Below are positions 47,284 through 57,697 of a stretch of 64,000 nucleotides of DNA, in pieces; positions within the stretch are counted from its first letter, which is position 1, and each line of letters begins with the position of its first letter. Below the pieces are notes generated by a model. The model was not told the DNA's origin and ran no database searches. It saw nothing but the letters and a program-made list of their open reading frames with translations. The DNA is from a virus. The translations under genes were made by a program, and so were the position numbers. The DNA is taken from IMG/VR virus record IMGVR_UViG_3300028374_000796; one strand, given 5' to 3'.

Positions 47284-47656
47284 TCTCTACCTCCATCGCA
47301 GTTTCTTTCAGGGCGTCGGTATTTACCTCTGATTTCTTCTGCAAATTTTCAATGAGCATCCCATAATTTTTGGACACTGCATTCTGTTCCACCTGAATTT
47401 CTCTGAGATCAACGGATCTTCTAGATCCTAAATCTGCGTACAAATCTTTAGTTACTCGTTCCGCTAAGATAGCCTCTGCCATCCTAGCTTCCTCCATTGA
47501 CCAACCCTCATCTTCACCACACTTAACCGTGTATGAGACGAATGAAGAGCTCTTGATACCACTATTACGGGTTTCAAGGGAAAAGGAAGACGTTATTGTC
47601 TCCACTCTCATGCTATCTTTAATTGTATTGGGGTCTAAAGGTTTTGTAGAAGTCAT
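47273..47656 (-). CDS. Hypothetical protein
   Basis: 127-aa ORF with an RBS. Confidence 0.65.
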   Translation of the reverse strand: MTSTKPLDPNTIKDSMRVETITSSFSLETRNSGIKSSSFVSYTVKCGEDEGWSMEEARMAEAILAERVTKDLYADLGSRRSVDLREIQVEQNAVSKNYGMLIENLQKKSEVNTDALKETAMEVESGR

Positions 47657-47719
47657 CTTATCCTCTCGTTATAATTCGTGTAGTGACGCATCACCACAGG
47701 AACGAATGAGAGGGGTTGA

Positions 47720-48537
47720 TTACTTCCCAAAAAGTTCAGAAAGTTCTACTTCTTCGGGGATCTCATCTTCGCTTTCTAAGGGTATATAATGTTCATCTAA
47801 TTGATCATACGTTTCTCTAGTATATTCAGCTAAACGATCTTCTGCTATTTGAGCGTACTCAGGATTCAATTCAATTCCGATCGAGTTTCTACCTAACTTC
47901 TCAGCGACAAGTGCAGTTGTAGCTGCTCCCATGAAAGGGTCTAAGACTGTACAAGGGATAGGTTCATTAGGTTCACATTCGCAAGTAGCTTTCCAACCTT
48001 TTTTAATAACCTGCTCTAAAGGTGCTCCACATTCAACGCAGCATCCACCTGCTGACGTTCCTATCTCGATGCATTTCGTTACTAGTGCTTCGGGTGCCGT
48101 AGCAAAATGAGTGCCCCTGAAAGGCTTTGTGGGGATACACCATACATTGCGTAGATTTCGTTTTGGGGTCATTTCACATTGATCTTCATTTCCTCTAACC
48201 ACATTAGCACCTTTATAGGATAAGCGCGCCTGTCTCTTAAAACCATTTCCAGAAGGAGGGTCACTTACGCTTGCTTCTTTAGCTGCGATATAGTCATAAA
48301 AATATTTGCTTGACTTTGAAAATAGGAACAGATGTTCATGCGCACTTGAAGGACGATCTCGGACTGATTCAGGCATTGGGTTTCCAGCGTAAAGATCAAG
48401 ATCTTTCGTCATTCTAGTAGCTACTTCCGGACTGACTCCGTTATTGATAGCTACTTCATAAACCCTTTGAGCGAAGTCATCTTGACCACTAATTCCTTTG
48501 GCCCATATAATATTTTCCAGCTTTTTTTATCCGTCAC
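47720..48537 (-). pseudogene. Second N4/N6 DNA methyltransferase with an internal frameshifting deletion
   Basis: A GTG start at 48537 encodes MTDKKSWKILYG, matching the paralogue's MTKKDWKILVG. The sequence then continues in another frame as IWAKGISGQDDF (paralogue residue ~151). The SPPY motif is missing. Confidence 0.85.
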
Positions 48538-48907
48538 TTGAACCTTCCGGGTTTAGCATGTGTTCTAGTACCTCAATACTTCTTTTGGTATTAGACGGAG
48601 TGTCGCGCTTTCCGATCCGGTCCATTAACCCTTCAACCACTTCTGAAAAATTAGGGTGTCTTTCACCTTCAGAACTCACAGAATACCAATGACTATACCC
48701 CTCCCTATCCCTATAAAGGGAACCTCCAAATAATTGGAGAGATCCTGCCCAGGTTTGTGAAGCGATGTGAAAATCTAAACTGAACTTAACTAACTGGTCC
48801 AGTGTTACATTATATATTTCTATATTACTAAATTCTAGGTTTTCTTCTATTGTTACTCTACAGTTAGGATAGTGATCTTCCCTGTAGTTTTTGATCCTAT
48901 CTTTCAT
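48527..48907 (-). CDS. Hypothetical protein
   Basis: 126-aa ORF with a GAGG RBS. Confidence 0.65.
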   Translation of the reverse strand: MKDRIKNYREDHYPNCRVTIEENLEFSNIEIYNVTLDQLVKFSLDFHIASQTWAGSLQLFGGSLYRDREGYSHWYSVSSEGERHPNFSEVVEGLMDRIGKRDTPSNTKRSIEVLEHMLNPEGSSDG

Positions 48908-48913
48908 TTTCCC

Positions 48914-51136
48914 TCACTTGATAAGTTTTCTTAATTTCTCTCCGAATGCGGTATTTCTTTGGGACACTTCGTCATTTTGAATTGCTCTTCTCAGCGCCGA
49001 CCATTCCCCGAAAATAAATACCTTCTTTTTGGCTCGGGTAACCGCAGTATAAAGTAGGTTTCTTTGAAGCTGAATGGAGAACTTGCGATGGAAGGGGAAA
49101 ATTACATAGTCATATTCTTGTCCCTGGGCGCGGTGGATTGTGACTGCATATGAGAGCATAAGCAGACCTTTCGCTTTCTCATAAGGTATGTCGAGAAGCC
49201 GGGGAGAAGGCTCATCAAAAAGCTTGGTTCTGATTTTCTTAGCTTTTTTGTCTACCTCATAAATCTTTCCCACTTCTCCATTGAACACATCCAGATTATA
49301 GTCATTTTCCACGATCATTATTCGATCTTCCTCTCGAAAGAACTTGCCCTTACCCAAATTGACTTCTCTTTGACTCTGTCTTGGATTAAGAGACTCTTTA
49401 ATCTTCTCATTTAAAATATCAACTCCCAAAGGACCTTTGTAAGTAGGACTAAATACCTGGAAAGTGGCGTCACCTTTACCCTTGTAAATCTTCTCTACTA
49501 CATGAAGAATCCCCGACACAATTTTATCAGGGTCACTTTCTTCGATGAATCTGAAATCGGTTTTGGAAACCGTTGGGTCCCCAATCAACAGTTCCTTTCC
49601 TTGTTTGATTCTATGAGCGTTAACGACAATATCCGAAGCGCCCTGTTGACGGAAAATTTCGGTTAGATTAACTCTGTGAATTTTTCCGGAGTTAATCATT
49701 TCATGCAAAACATTGCCTGCACCCACTGAGGGTAGTTGATTATCATCCCCCACAAATACCAGAATGGTAGAAGGTTTAAGGGCAGATAACAGATGATACA
49801 TCAAGTTCTGGTCTAACATTGAAATTTCATCAATGAGAACGGCGTCCGTAACATACTTGTTTTTCTCATTGAACTTCCAGCTTCCGTCTGGAGAATATCC
49901 AAGGGTCCTGTGAATGGTACCTGCGTCTTCCCCTACGACGGTAGAGAGTCGTTTAGCAGCAATTCCAGTAGGACTCATCAGTTTGAATTTCTTGCCGCTT
50001 TGTTTGAAAAGGCGGACAAGAGCCTTGGAAACGGTAGTTTTCCCTGTGCCCGGCCCCCCTGTTACTAGCAAAACCTTGTTCTCATTTAAGTCTCTAATAG
50101 CGCTTTCTTGCTCGTCACTAAACTGGAATTTATAAATCCGTTGATATTCTTCAATAAAATCATCGGTATTGATTTTGAGATCGTGGTCGTCGTCACTAAA
50201 TTCTGAGAGCATACGAGCACAGTTCATCTCTACTTCATAATTCCATTTCAGATAGACCCGATCATCTTCCAATACAATTCGGTCTTTTGCCTCTCTTTCT
50301 TTTAGTGCAGCTTCCACATCGTTCTGTCCTAAGAATCTTCCAAAGGGCTCTATACCCTTCTTAGCAGGCATTCGATTAAGAGCCTTGTGTAGACCACTCT
50401 TATTTAGATAAAGGTGCCCTCGTTGCTCTGAGGCCACTGTGATAAGGTATTCAAGGAGGGAAGCGATCCGAAACTCTGAATCGGGTGCAAATCCCATCTG
50501 CAAAGCAATCTTATCTGCGGCAGGAAATGATACGTTTTCAACTAGGGCTAACTCATAAGGATTATTCTGGATAATATCCAGTGTCTTCTCGCCCAATGTA
50601 GCATAAATGCTTTTGACTAAATACGAAGGTAAACCCATTCCCAAAAGAGCCTGAGATACCTTACCAAACATTCGGGCTTGTCTCCATTCCCTAGCAATGG
50701 CTTCTGCTTTCGTATCAGATAGAAAATCTAAATCCCGCAAAGCGTCAGGTTCATTATCAAGGATATCAAATACTTCATCCTCCCCGAAGTGCCCAACGAT
50801 CTTACCTGCTACAACAGGACCCACTGAGGGCAACTGTGCTGCAATATAACCTTCTTTGGCTTCTCGACCGTCATAGATAGGTTCATAGGATTCTGCTTTA
50901 AACGTATATCCATATTTCGGGTGTTTTTCCCACTCTCCTTTAACTTTTATTTCAACTCCAGGATAGATACGAGGGCTGAAAAAATAGCCTTTGATCTTGG
51001 CATTTTTACCATTACCTGCATCAAGGTTGAGAGCCTGAAAAATATAAAAGTCCGAATCCTTATCTGAAAAGTAAACTTTAGTTACTCGGGCGCGAAAAGA
51101 TTTGGTACGGGTTTGTGATAGGCTGGAAAAATTCAT
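48914..51136 (-). CDS. recD2: RecD2-like SF1 helicase
   Basis: N-terminal OB/HhH region (HPKYGYTF, NPYEL), TGGPGTGKTT, LIDEISM, GDDNQLPSVGAG, YAVTIHRAQG, YTAVTRAK. Confidence 0.93.
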   Translation of the reverse strand: MNFSSLSQTRTKSFRARVTKVYFSDKDSDFYIFQALNLDAGNGKNAKIKGYFFSPRIYPGVEIKVKGEWEKHPKYGYTFKAESYEPIYDGREAKEGYIAAQLPSVGPVVAGKIVGHFGEDEVFDILDNEPDALRDLDFLSDTKAEAIAREWRQARMFGKVSQALLGMGLPSYLVKSIYATLGEKTLDIIQNNPYELALVENVSFPAADKIALQMGFAPDSEFRIASLLEYLITVASEQRGHLYLNKSGLHKALNRMPAKKGIEPFGRFLGQNDVEAALKEREAKDRIVLEDDRVYLKWNYEVEMNCARMLSEFSDDDHDLKINTDDFIEEYQRIYKFQFSDEQESAIRDLNENKVLLVTGGPGTGKTTVSKALVRLFKQSGKKFKLMSPTGIAAKRLSTVVGEDAGTIHRTLGYSPDGSWKFNEKNKYVTDAVLIDEISMLDQNLMYHLLSALKPSTILVFVGDDNQLPSVGAGNVLHEMINSGKIHRVNLTEIFRQQGASDIVVNAHRIKQGKELLIGDPTVSKTDFRFIEESDPDKIVSGILHVVEKIYKGKGDATFQVFSPTYKGPLGVDILNEKIKESLNPRQSQREVNLGKGKFFREEDRIMIVENDYNLDVFNGEVGKIYEVDKKAKKIRTKLFDEPSPRLLDIPYEKAKGLLMLSYAVTIHRAQGQEYDYVIFPFHRKFSIQLQRNLLYTAVTRAKKKVFIFGEWSALRRAIQNDEVSQRNTAFGEKLRKLIK

Positions 51137-51218
51137 TTAGTGACCATTACCTGTGAGATCTTATTGGAGATGTTAAAAATATCTAATTCTTTAACGCTTT
51201 AGAAAGGGATCCTGTTCC

Positions 51219-51255
51219 AAAAAAGGGTGAAGACCTTTTCCAGATCTCCACCCTT
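51219..51255 (-). terminator. Rho-independent terminator
   Basis: AAGGGTGGAGATCT-GGAAA-AGGTCTTCACCCTT-TTTT. Confidence 0.75.
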
Positions 51256-51283
51256 CTTATCCCCTCATTCCTGTAGTTAAATC

Positions 51284-51475
51284 TTAACGAGAAACACTTA
51301 CACTTGTACTTGTATTTGGAGGTACCAAAAAGTCTTGACCCAGATAATAGACCGTACCCTGTCCAAGTGAATCCGCAATGGCCATTTGAACATCAGCATC
51401 TTTATGAAGACGTAAATATTCCAAATAGGTGGGAGTCAACTGTGTTCTAATGGCTTCGATACCTTCTGCTCCTTT
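51284..51475 (-). pseudogene. Start-less 63-codon remnant resembling the C-terminus of an SPFH/prohibitin protein
   Basis: In frame right after the RNA-ligase TAA: KGAEGIEAIRTQLTPTYLEYLRLHKDADVQMAIADSLGQGTVYYLGQDFLVPPN... Confidence 0.4.
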
Positions 51476-52555
51476 TTAATTATACTCAGTTGCTTCGCCA
51501 CCACGTACCAGATAAGATTCTGATACGTTTTTCAAAATTACACGTCCCAGTCGCGGGTGCTGGCGTTCCTTGATAGGTTTAATTACTACACCTTCACGGA
51601 TATGAAGTTCATCCCCTGTAACTTGTTCTTGACCATCAGTGATATCCTCCAATACTTCTTCGGAGAAGGGACCTCTATAGAGAACAGGAACTCCAGGAAT
51701 ATCATACGTTTCCAGAAAAGCGTCTAAGTCTTCTACGTTCAAATAATGACCATCGCTTTCGTATCCAATATGAACATCGAAAACTGCAAGCCCGATCTCA
51801 GAGGAGTTTCCGCCGTATGAGAGGTCCTGGATACCATAAACTTCGCCAAGAATAAAGACCGGTTTTCCGTAGAACTCTACAGCTTGTTCTAATTTCTTGG
51901 GAAGACCCTGCTGTCGGGCAGCTTTCAGATACAGGTTATCTTTGTTTGCAGTAGAGTTAGGCTTGAATACCAGACCTTTAGAACCTAATCCTTTAGAGGC
52001 GACCACTAGGGGACCATACTCGGGATCCTGATCTTCTTCAAGAAGAAAACCTGCTTGAAAATTTGTACCGTGAATTTTTTCTGTAATACAAACTTCTTCT
52101 CCGTCTTCCAGTACCTCTGGAAACCGTTTGATATTTTCAAGATCGTATTTCATGGTTTTGGCAGGTCCCAAGGCATATACCTCACCACCCATATCCAAAG
52201 GAATCTTCGGGACGTATTTTTCGATTCCCAGTTCTTCGGCCACATCCTGACCTTCCTCCCATTCGGATCTGGCTGGGTAGCAAAGTCCCTGTGAAAGAAC
52301 ACCACGTAATCGAGCAGCCTTAACTCTATTGCCCTTAGATCCAGCTAATTTCCCTTCCAAACCCATTTCTTTCAAAATAGGATTAGGGACAATAGATCCT
52401 TCTGGAAAATAGGCAACAAGATCCCCATCCTTGAATTGGTCTTTTCCGACAATAGACTTGAAATTGGTACCAACGATTTGAGCAATTTCAAGTCGGTCAG
52501 CATTGGGATGATTTTCAATACGAACTTTAACTACTTCTACTACAAATTCTGCCAT
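51476..52555 (-). CDS. ATP-dependent RNA ligase (DRB0094-like) with an N-terminal tRNA-binding OB fold
   Basis: HPNADRLE, QFKDGDLVAY, TEKIHGTN, GEVYG, FDV, REGVVI, LKNVS. Confidence 0.88.
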   Translation of the reverse strand: MAEFVVEVVKVRIENHPNADRLEIAQIVGTNFKSIVGKDQFKDGDLVAYFPEGSIVPNPILKEMGLEGKLAGSKGNRVKAARLRGVLSQGLCYPARSEWEEGQDVAEELGIEKYVPKIPLDMGGEVYALGPAKTMKYDLENIKRFPEVLEDGEEVCITEKIHGTNFQAGFLLEEDQDPEYGPLVVASKGLGSKGLVFKPNSTANKDNLYLKAARQQGLPKKLEQAVEFYGKPVFILGEVYGIQDLSYGGNSSEIGLAVFDVHIGYESDGHYLNVEDLDAFLETYDIPGVPVLYRGPFSEEVLEDITDGQEQVTGDELHIREGVVIKPIKERQHPRLGRVILKNVSESYLVRGGEATEYN

Positions 52556-52575
52556 TTTACTACCTACTATTATCT

Positions 52576-53226
52576 TTATGTCAATAAGTTATTCAAATCT
52601 CCACTCATCTCCCTAAGGAACTCTTTTGCTCCGATGACCGCCTCTTTTTCATTTTTATAAGAATTACTAGTTTCTAAGGCATACGTAGGGAAACTTATAG
52701 AAAGGACCACTTCATCCTTCCTCCTCTTAAATCGAATTTGAGGCATCAAGGTAGAAGACCTTACATCATATTGTCCAGAATTACCAGAGGAAAAATTAAA
52801 TCTAGCAGGATCCATTTTTCCATTCCACAGAGCCAGCCTAAGATTTTGGATCTCCGTACCGTTTTTAAGGTCTTTATCATGGCTTCCATCTTCTCTCATG
52901 ACTAAGGTAGCTTCTCTAGGATATATAATAGTACGGTTACTATCCTTGGGATCTCTAGCAGATAAAAGACCCTTTATCCATTCACCACTTACCACAAGTA
53001 AGGTTCCTTTGGATAAATTTTTTGTCTTTTTCACTAAGCAAACGATATCATTCCTCTTGGGATCCTTAGAACCGTCTGCATACAAAAGATCATCTCCTTC
53101 TGGAACATAACTATACCAAGTAGGATGTCCAAAAAAGATTTTATGACATTGAGTACAGATAGTCTCCATTGGTGAGCACCAACCATAAGAACAGCGGATA
53201 CATCTATGGTGATAAGGATTTGTCAT
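52576..53226 (-). CDS. Hypothetical protein with N-terminal CxxC pairs
   Basis: RCIRC...ICTQC. Confidence 0.65.
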   Translation of the reverse strand: MTNPYHHRCIRCSYGWCSPMETICTQCHKIFFGHPTWYSYVPEGDDLLYADGSKDPKRNDIVCLVKKTKNLSKGTLLVVSGEWIKGLLSARDPKDSNRTIIYPREATLVMREDGSHDKDLKNGTEIQNLRLALWNGKMDPARFNFSSGNSGQYDVRSSTLMPQIRFKRRKDEVVLSISFPTYALETSNSYKNEKEAVIGAKEFLREMSGDLNNLLT

Positions 53227-53441
53227 AGGTTGCGATCCCTTCGTTGGACCTCTTTTACCACACTATCCTCAGGTAATCGATCTGCCATGACTCTGGGGCA
53301 TGAGATATATTCAGGAGGGTCATCGCTATATCGTGCGATCAAAGAACTATGACACGAATAGAGGTCATAAGTTAGGCCTCCGTGTTCATACTCACCAAGG
53401 AAAGTACATTTATCACAATCATGTTCGTAATTCTTTTTCAT
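53223..53441 (-). CDS. Small Cys/His-containing hypothetical protein
   Basis: HDCDKCTFLG...DLYSC...EYISC. Confidence 0.6.
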   Translation of the reverse strand: MKKNYEHDCDKCTFLGEYEHGGLTYDLYSCHSSLIARYSDDPPEYISCPRVMADRLPEDSVVKEVQRRDRNL

Positions 53442-55400
53442 TCAACTTTTCTCCATCATAGCAAAAAGCTCATCTTCTCCAATGATGGGAGTCTCATACT
53501 TATGAGCTTTTTTAGCCTTGGATGAAGTAGAAGTCTTATCATTACATACTAAATAGGTCAAGCTCTGTGAGACACTTTTCTTCACATCCCCACCATTATC
53601 CTTGATCATCTTCTCGATGACCTTACGAGGCTTGTCCAGCTTTCCAGTAATACAAAAAGACATACCTTTCAAAGGACCTGCATTGGAAACGATGCTCACA
53701 TAGTTTAGCAAATCTTCAATCATGTCTTCCCGATCTTTTAATCCTTGAACCAGTGAAGAGGCTTTCCCTTCCCCAACTCCTCGGGCGGCAGAAATTTGAA
53801 GTACCGAAGAAGTTCGGATTTGGTCCAATGTATCCTGACCCGATTTCATGACCTTCTTAATGGTACTATTTGAACAGATTGGAATATTGAGTCCTCCCAA
53901 AAACTGATCCAAAGTGACCTCAGTTCTGGAATGCAAAAGGTCCAATAGCTTATTGGCAGTTTTCAACCCTACAATAGCTCCTCCCGTATTTTGAAGATTA
54001 GCAATGTCATCAGGATCTAATCGGTAGAGATCTGCAATCGTAGTAACCAAACCTTCTTCTACCAGAGCGTTTAAGACGAACTCTCCCCAGTCCAAAAGGT
54101 CAAGGGAAGCTACCCATGCCTTTAGAGTGCCGGATACCCTAGAAGGGCATTCAGGAGACTCACATGCGAGATATTTACCGTCTACTACCAACGTAGAAGA
54201 ACAGGACGGACAGTGTGTAGGGATATCAAGGATCCCTTCCGAATTTTTCTTAATGACTTCTTGAACTCTGGGGATCACGTCATTAGCCCTTTTTACCAGA
54301 ATATCATCTCCAATATTCAACCCTAATTGTTGGATATAAGAAACATTGTACAAAGAAGCTCTTTGCACTTCAGCGCCTACCAACGTTACCAGGTCAAAAA
54401 CAGCGACAGGGGTTACTCTTCCCGTATTACCCACTTGCCAGATTACTTCTTGGAGAGTAGATGGTGCCACTTCTGCGCTAAATTTAAGAGCGACAGATCC
54501 GTGTGGACGTCGGTTTCGATCCCCTGCCCGATTAAAAACCTTTTGGTCGTGATATCGAATGACCAGACCATCAATTTCATAGAACAATTCATCCCTGTGA
54601 TGGTCTTCATAGGCGACATAGACCTCTCCAATTTCTTCCATAGACAAAGGACCTCCATGTCCTGGAGTCATTAGATCACAAGAATCAATGAAGATAAACT
54701 TTTCGGTTTGATCTTCAAAGTTGTAACCGTCAATGAAAGCTTCGTAGACATAGACCGAAAGATATTCGCACCTTTTTGCTTTTTCACGAGACTCTACTCT
54801 GGCCAGACCTGATGCAGCATTTCGGGGATTAGAATAATCTTCAAAATGAACATCAAACCAGTCGTGCGTTAGGACGATCTCTCCCCGAAAAGTGCCGGTA
54901 ATGGGTTTAGACTGTGGATTAGGGGGTTCAATATGACGGGGAACTCCACGCATCAAAACTACGTTGGCTATGATATCTTCTCCAAGGTGGCCGTCTCCCC
55001 TAGTAACCGCAGAAACCAATTTACCTTTTTCATATTGAAGAGCAATAGAAATTCCATCCATTTTCTCGGACCAGAAAAGGACTTTTTCTTCGGAAAGATC
55101 TGAGGCTTGTGATCTTAGAGCAGGGCCGCTCGATTCCAACCATTTGCTCATATCCTCTAGTGAGTTAGCCTTGTTTAGCGAACCCATAGGAATAACATGA
55201 GGAACTTTTTTCCACTTGGTCTTAGTGTCTGCTTGCGCTCCGACATTAGCGAGGATTGAGGAATCGGGATGAAGGTCTCGGAGTTCATCTTCTAGAGCAT
55301 CGAAAGCTTGGTCACTGATCTCAGGATCATCGTTATAGTACGCTTCTCGATGGTACTCAATCAGTTGCTCTAGCTCTTCAATTCTATTTTGATCACTCAT
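53442..55400 (-). CDS. ligA: NAD-dependent DNA ligase
   Basis: YYNDDPEISDQAFD, EKMDG, TRGDG, RGE, NPRNAASG, EIDGLV, VGNTG, Zn finger, HhH and BRCT (CITG). Confidence 0.95.
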   Translation of the reverse strand: MSDQNRIEELEQLIEYHREAYYNDDPEISDQAFDALEDELRDLHPDSSILANVGAQADTKTKWKKVPHVIPMGSLNKANSLEDMSKWLESSGPALRSQASDLSEEKVLFWSEKMDGISIALQYEKGKLVSAVTRGDGHLGEDIIANVVLMRGVPRHIEPPNPQSKPITGTFRGEIVLTHDWFDVHFEDYSNPRNAASGLARVESREKAKRCEYLSVYVYEAFIDGYNFEDQTEKFIFIDSCDLMTPGHGGPLSMEEIGEVYVAYEDHHRDELFYEIDGLVIRYHDQKVFNRAGDRNRRPHGSVALKFSAEVAPSTLQEVIWQVGNTGRVTPVAVFDLVTLVGAEVQRASLYNVSYIQQLGLNIGDDILVKRANDVIPRVQEVIKKNSEGILDIPTHCPSCSSTLVVDGKYLACESPECPSRVSGTLKAWVASLDLLDWGEFVLNALVEEGLVTTIADLYRLDPDDIANLQNTGGAIVGLKTANKLLDLLHSRTEVTLDQFLGGLNIPICSNSTIKKVMKSGQDTLDQIRTSSVLQISAARGVGEGKASSLVQGLKDREDMIEDLLNYVSIVSNAGPLKGMSFCITGKLDKPRKVIEKMIKDNGGDVKKSVSQSLTYLVCNDKTSTSSKAKKAHKYETPIIGEDELFAMMEKS

Positions 55401-55481
55401 TATAGATTTTTCCTTTATTTTGAATTCAATTATACCTGTGCCCTATATACCCTGGTTCTAGGAAAATTACAAGCTCCAAAT

Positions 55482-55516
55482 AAAAAACCGCCCCTCATCC
55501 CTAAGGATGGAAGCGG
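55482..55516 (-). terminator. Rho-independent terminator
   Basis: CCGCTTCCATCC-TTAG-GGATGAGGGGCGG-TTTTTT. Confidence 0.8.
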
Positions 55517-55541
55517 CTTAGTAGGTATAGACTCGAAAACT

Positions 55542-55946
55542 TTAGATGCGAGACTGTTCTTTATACAGTTCAATCATATCCACGATCTTACCTGCTGCGA
55601 ACGTCTCACCAGTACGGGAGGGATCATTCACACTTCGGGGTCCGGTTCCGGAAATCTGTACGATCACGGTGCCTTCGTCGAACCGGACAGAATATTTCAT
55701 CTGACGAGGATCGAAAGATACCTCAGTGTCCTGACCGCGATAAGATACTATATAATGATGTCTTCCGACCTTTTTAACGGATCTCATAGCCTCTTGTTTC
55801 TTTTCCTCACGATATTTGATATAAGCGGGATCCCAGTCTTCTTCTGAAGCGTTAACTTCGACCGCTGCAATAATTTTTTGGAGATGAGGTCTAAGTTCAG
55901 GGGTATCAGAACCCAAACGAATAAGTTGGTTTTTCAAGTTTGACAT
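55542..55946 (-). CDS. Hypothetical protein with the shared leader motif
   Basis: MSNLKNQLIRLGSDTPELRPHLQKII...VNAS. Confidence 0.75.
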   Translation of the reverse strand: MSNLKNQLIRLGSDTPELRPHLQKIIAAVEVNASEEDWDPAYIKYREEKKQEAMRSVKKVGRHHYIVSYRGQDTEVSFDPRQMKYSVRFDEGTVIVQISGTGPRSVNDPSRTGETFAAGKIVDMIELYKEQSRI

Positions 55947-55995
55947 AGGAAGCGTCCTTTGGTTAAGTATAAAGTAGTACTACATAAAAGCTAAA

Positions 55996-57456
55996 TTACA
56001 GGTTCAATAGATCCATTATTTCATCCACCCTATTAGAAGTTTCAGGATCTTCATCGTCATTAGAATCATCGTCTAACATTTGATCGAAAGTGTCCTTGAT
56101 TTCTTCTTCTTTTTGATGCGCATCAAATTCCTTCTGGAAGTCATCAAACCACTCATCTTTCTCCATAGGTTCCTGAGGAACATCGACCACTTTGTGGCCA
56201 TCTCTAACTTCTTTATAGAAAATATACTTGACAGGAACCTTGCGTATTCTTAACTCTCTCGCAATGGCTAACCTGTGGTTTCCTTCTCCAACTTTCGCGT
56301 ATCCGTTCTTTCCGAAAATAACAATAACGGGCTGTTGATCTTTTCTCCATCCGTTCTTAGCCATATCTTCTTTGATGGCATCCCATTTCTGAGGTCCCGG
56401 CAGGTCTACGTCTTTTCCGTCAACGAGCGCCCACCCTGCTCTTGCTGTGGATCGGGTCCAAGTATACTCTCGTAACTGCCAAAGCTCTCTGGGGGAATGA
56501 TAGGCATGGATATGAGCATCATAGGTTTGATCAGATTCTAATGCCCATCTCTCCGCAACTTCCTCCAGTGAAAGATTCTCTTTGCGTGGATCATAATAGT
56601 CGTTACGGGCTACAATAACCCTTTCAGCTATTCTGGTAGCCATAAAATGTTGGGAAGCAATCCTAGAAGCTACAGATTTCTTATTTAGAGTTCCCATAGG
56701 CTTTCCTTCCTTTATATAATGCTCTTCAAACCCAGGAACAAGATACTGATTCCGTAAAGTTGCATCTTCATGGCCTAACTCTTTGCAAACCTCTTCAAGG
56801 GCTTTTTTGAACTCTTGTTCTAGAAGTTCTTTTTTCTCTTTTTTATCAGAAGGAAGATTTGGACCCTTTTTTCGCACTTCTTTAAGAGCCTCCCGCATTA
56901 GATCGTTCGCATGATATCCTCGAATATCCTTGGCAGTGATATCAAATTCTTCCAAATAGTTGTTTACGTCGGCAGCGCGAATACAAAGAGAATCGTCTTC
57001 GTCTCCCTCACATTCAAATATAGAGTCATCTTTGGACAGATTTTTTAAACGTTCTTTCAGTACCTTAACTAGCTGTTTATCATTAACAGTTTTGTCCTGT
57101 TTGACCCCTGATTTTCCTACATATTTAATCTTGGCTTTACCCTTGGAAAAAGTAACATGCTTCTTTCTCCAGGTCGTTGTTCCAAAATGACCATGATCAT
57201 CTGCGCTATCTAAATTACCCACCCTAGAGTAGGTTTCATCCATGAGTCCTACTGCCAGTGCTTTCATTCGCACCTTCCAGTCATCTGACTTCAGGTCTTC
57301 TTTTACCTTCTTTCGGATCTTGGAAATAGATGAATCAAGTTTTTCCACTTGATCTGCTTTTGCCTTATTACGTTCTTTGATCTGGTAATTTGAATACTCA
57401 TAAACAGTATCCCCACTTTCAGTGGTCTTTTTAGATTTGTATTGGGTCTTTGGCAT
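55996..57456 (-). CDS. Type IB topoisomerase fused to a C-terminal ParB/Srx-like domain
   Basis: TopIB catalytic set SRVGN, YVGKSG, KDIRGY, LGH, NQYL; C-terminal VIVIF...GEGNHRLAIARELRIRKVPV; probable start ATG 57456 (track start 57495). Confidence 0.85.
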   Translation of the reverse strand: MPKTQYKSKKTTESGDTVYEYSNYQIKERNKAKADQVEKLDSSISKIRKKVKEDLKSDDWKVRMKALAVGLMDETYSRVGNLDSADDHGHFGTTTWRKKHVTFSKGKAKIKYVGKSGVKQDKTVNDKQLVKVLKERLKNLSKDDSIFECEGDEDDSLCIRAADVNNYLEEFDITAKDIRGYHANDLMREALKEVRKKGPNLPSDKKEKKELLEQEFKKALEEVCKELGHEDATLRNQYLVPGFEEHYIKEGKPMGTLNKKSVASRIASQHFMATRIAERVIVARNDYYDPRKENLSLEEVAERWALESDQTYDAHIHAYHSPRELWQLREYTWTRSTARAGWALVDGKDVDLPGPQKWDAIKEDMAKNGWRKDQQPVIVIFGKNGYAKVGEGNHRLAIARELRIRKVPVKYIFYKEVRDGHKVVDVPQEPMEKDEWFDDFQKEFDAHQKEEEIKDTFDQMLDDDSNDDEDPETSNRVDEIMDLLNL

Positions 57457-57463
57457 AATAAAT

Positions 57464-57670
57464 TTACTGGTTGCGGAGTATATCTGCCAAGGCATCTAGC
57501 TCTTTTAATCCAACAACGGTACAACGGACCTCTTTATCGAGATACTGGGCTAGGACCTCTTCTAAGTCTACCAGGGTTCCGTCTACCTGTTCGATTTGAT
57601 AAGGGCCATCTTCTTCTTTTCGGAGATAGCCTTCTAATAGATGTCCTAATGATGAGGGAAACTGACTCAT
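57464..57670 (-). CDS. Hypothetical protein
   Basis: 68-aa ORF with an AGGA RBS. Confidence 0.6.
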   Translation of the reverse strand: MSQFPSSLGHLLEGYLRKEEDGPYQIEQVDGTLVDLEEVLAQYLDKEVRCTVVGLKELDALADILRNQ

Positions 57671-57697
57671 AAAAATTCCTTTACTTGTAGTATCTAA

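Noticed and set aside
47720-48537. Programmed frameshift restoring the second methyltransferase
   Set aside because: Even with a frame change the catalytic SPPY region (~140 codons) is physically absent, so a deletion explains it better.
55996-57495. Eukaryotic giant virus (NCLDV) origin suggested by TopIB and the MTase/Zn-ribbon genes
   Set aside because: Shine-Dalgarno sites, Rho-independent terminators, operons, HK97-type head genes, TerL/portal and bacterial replication genes indicate a bacteriophage.
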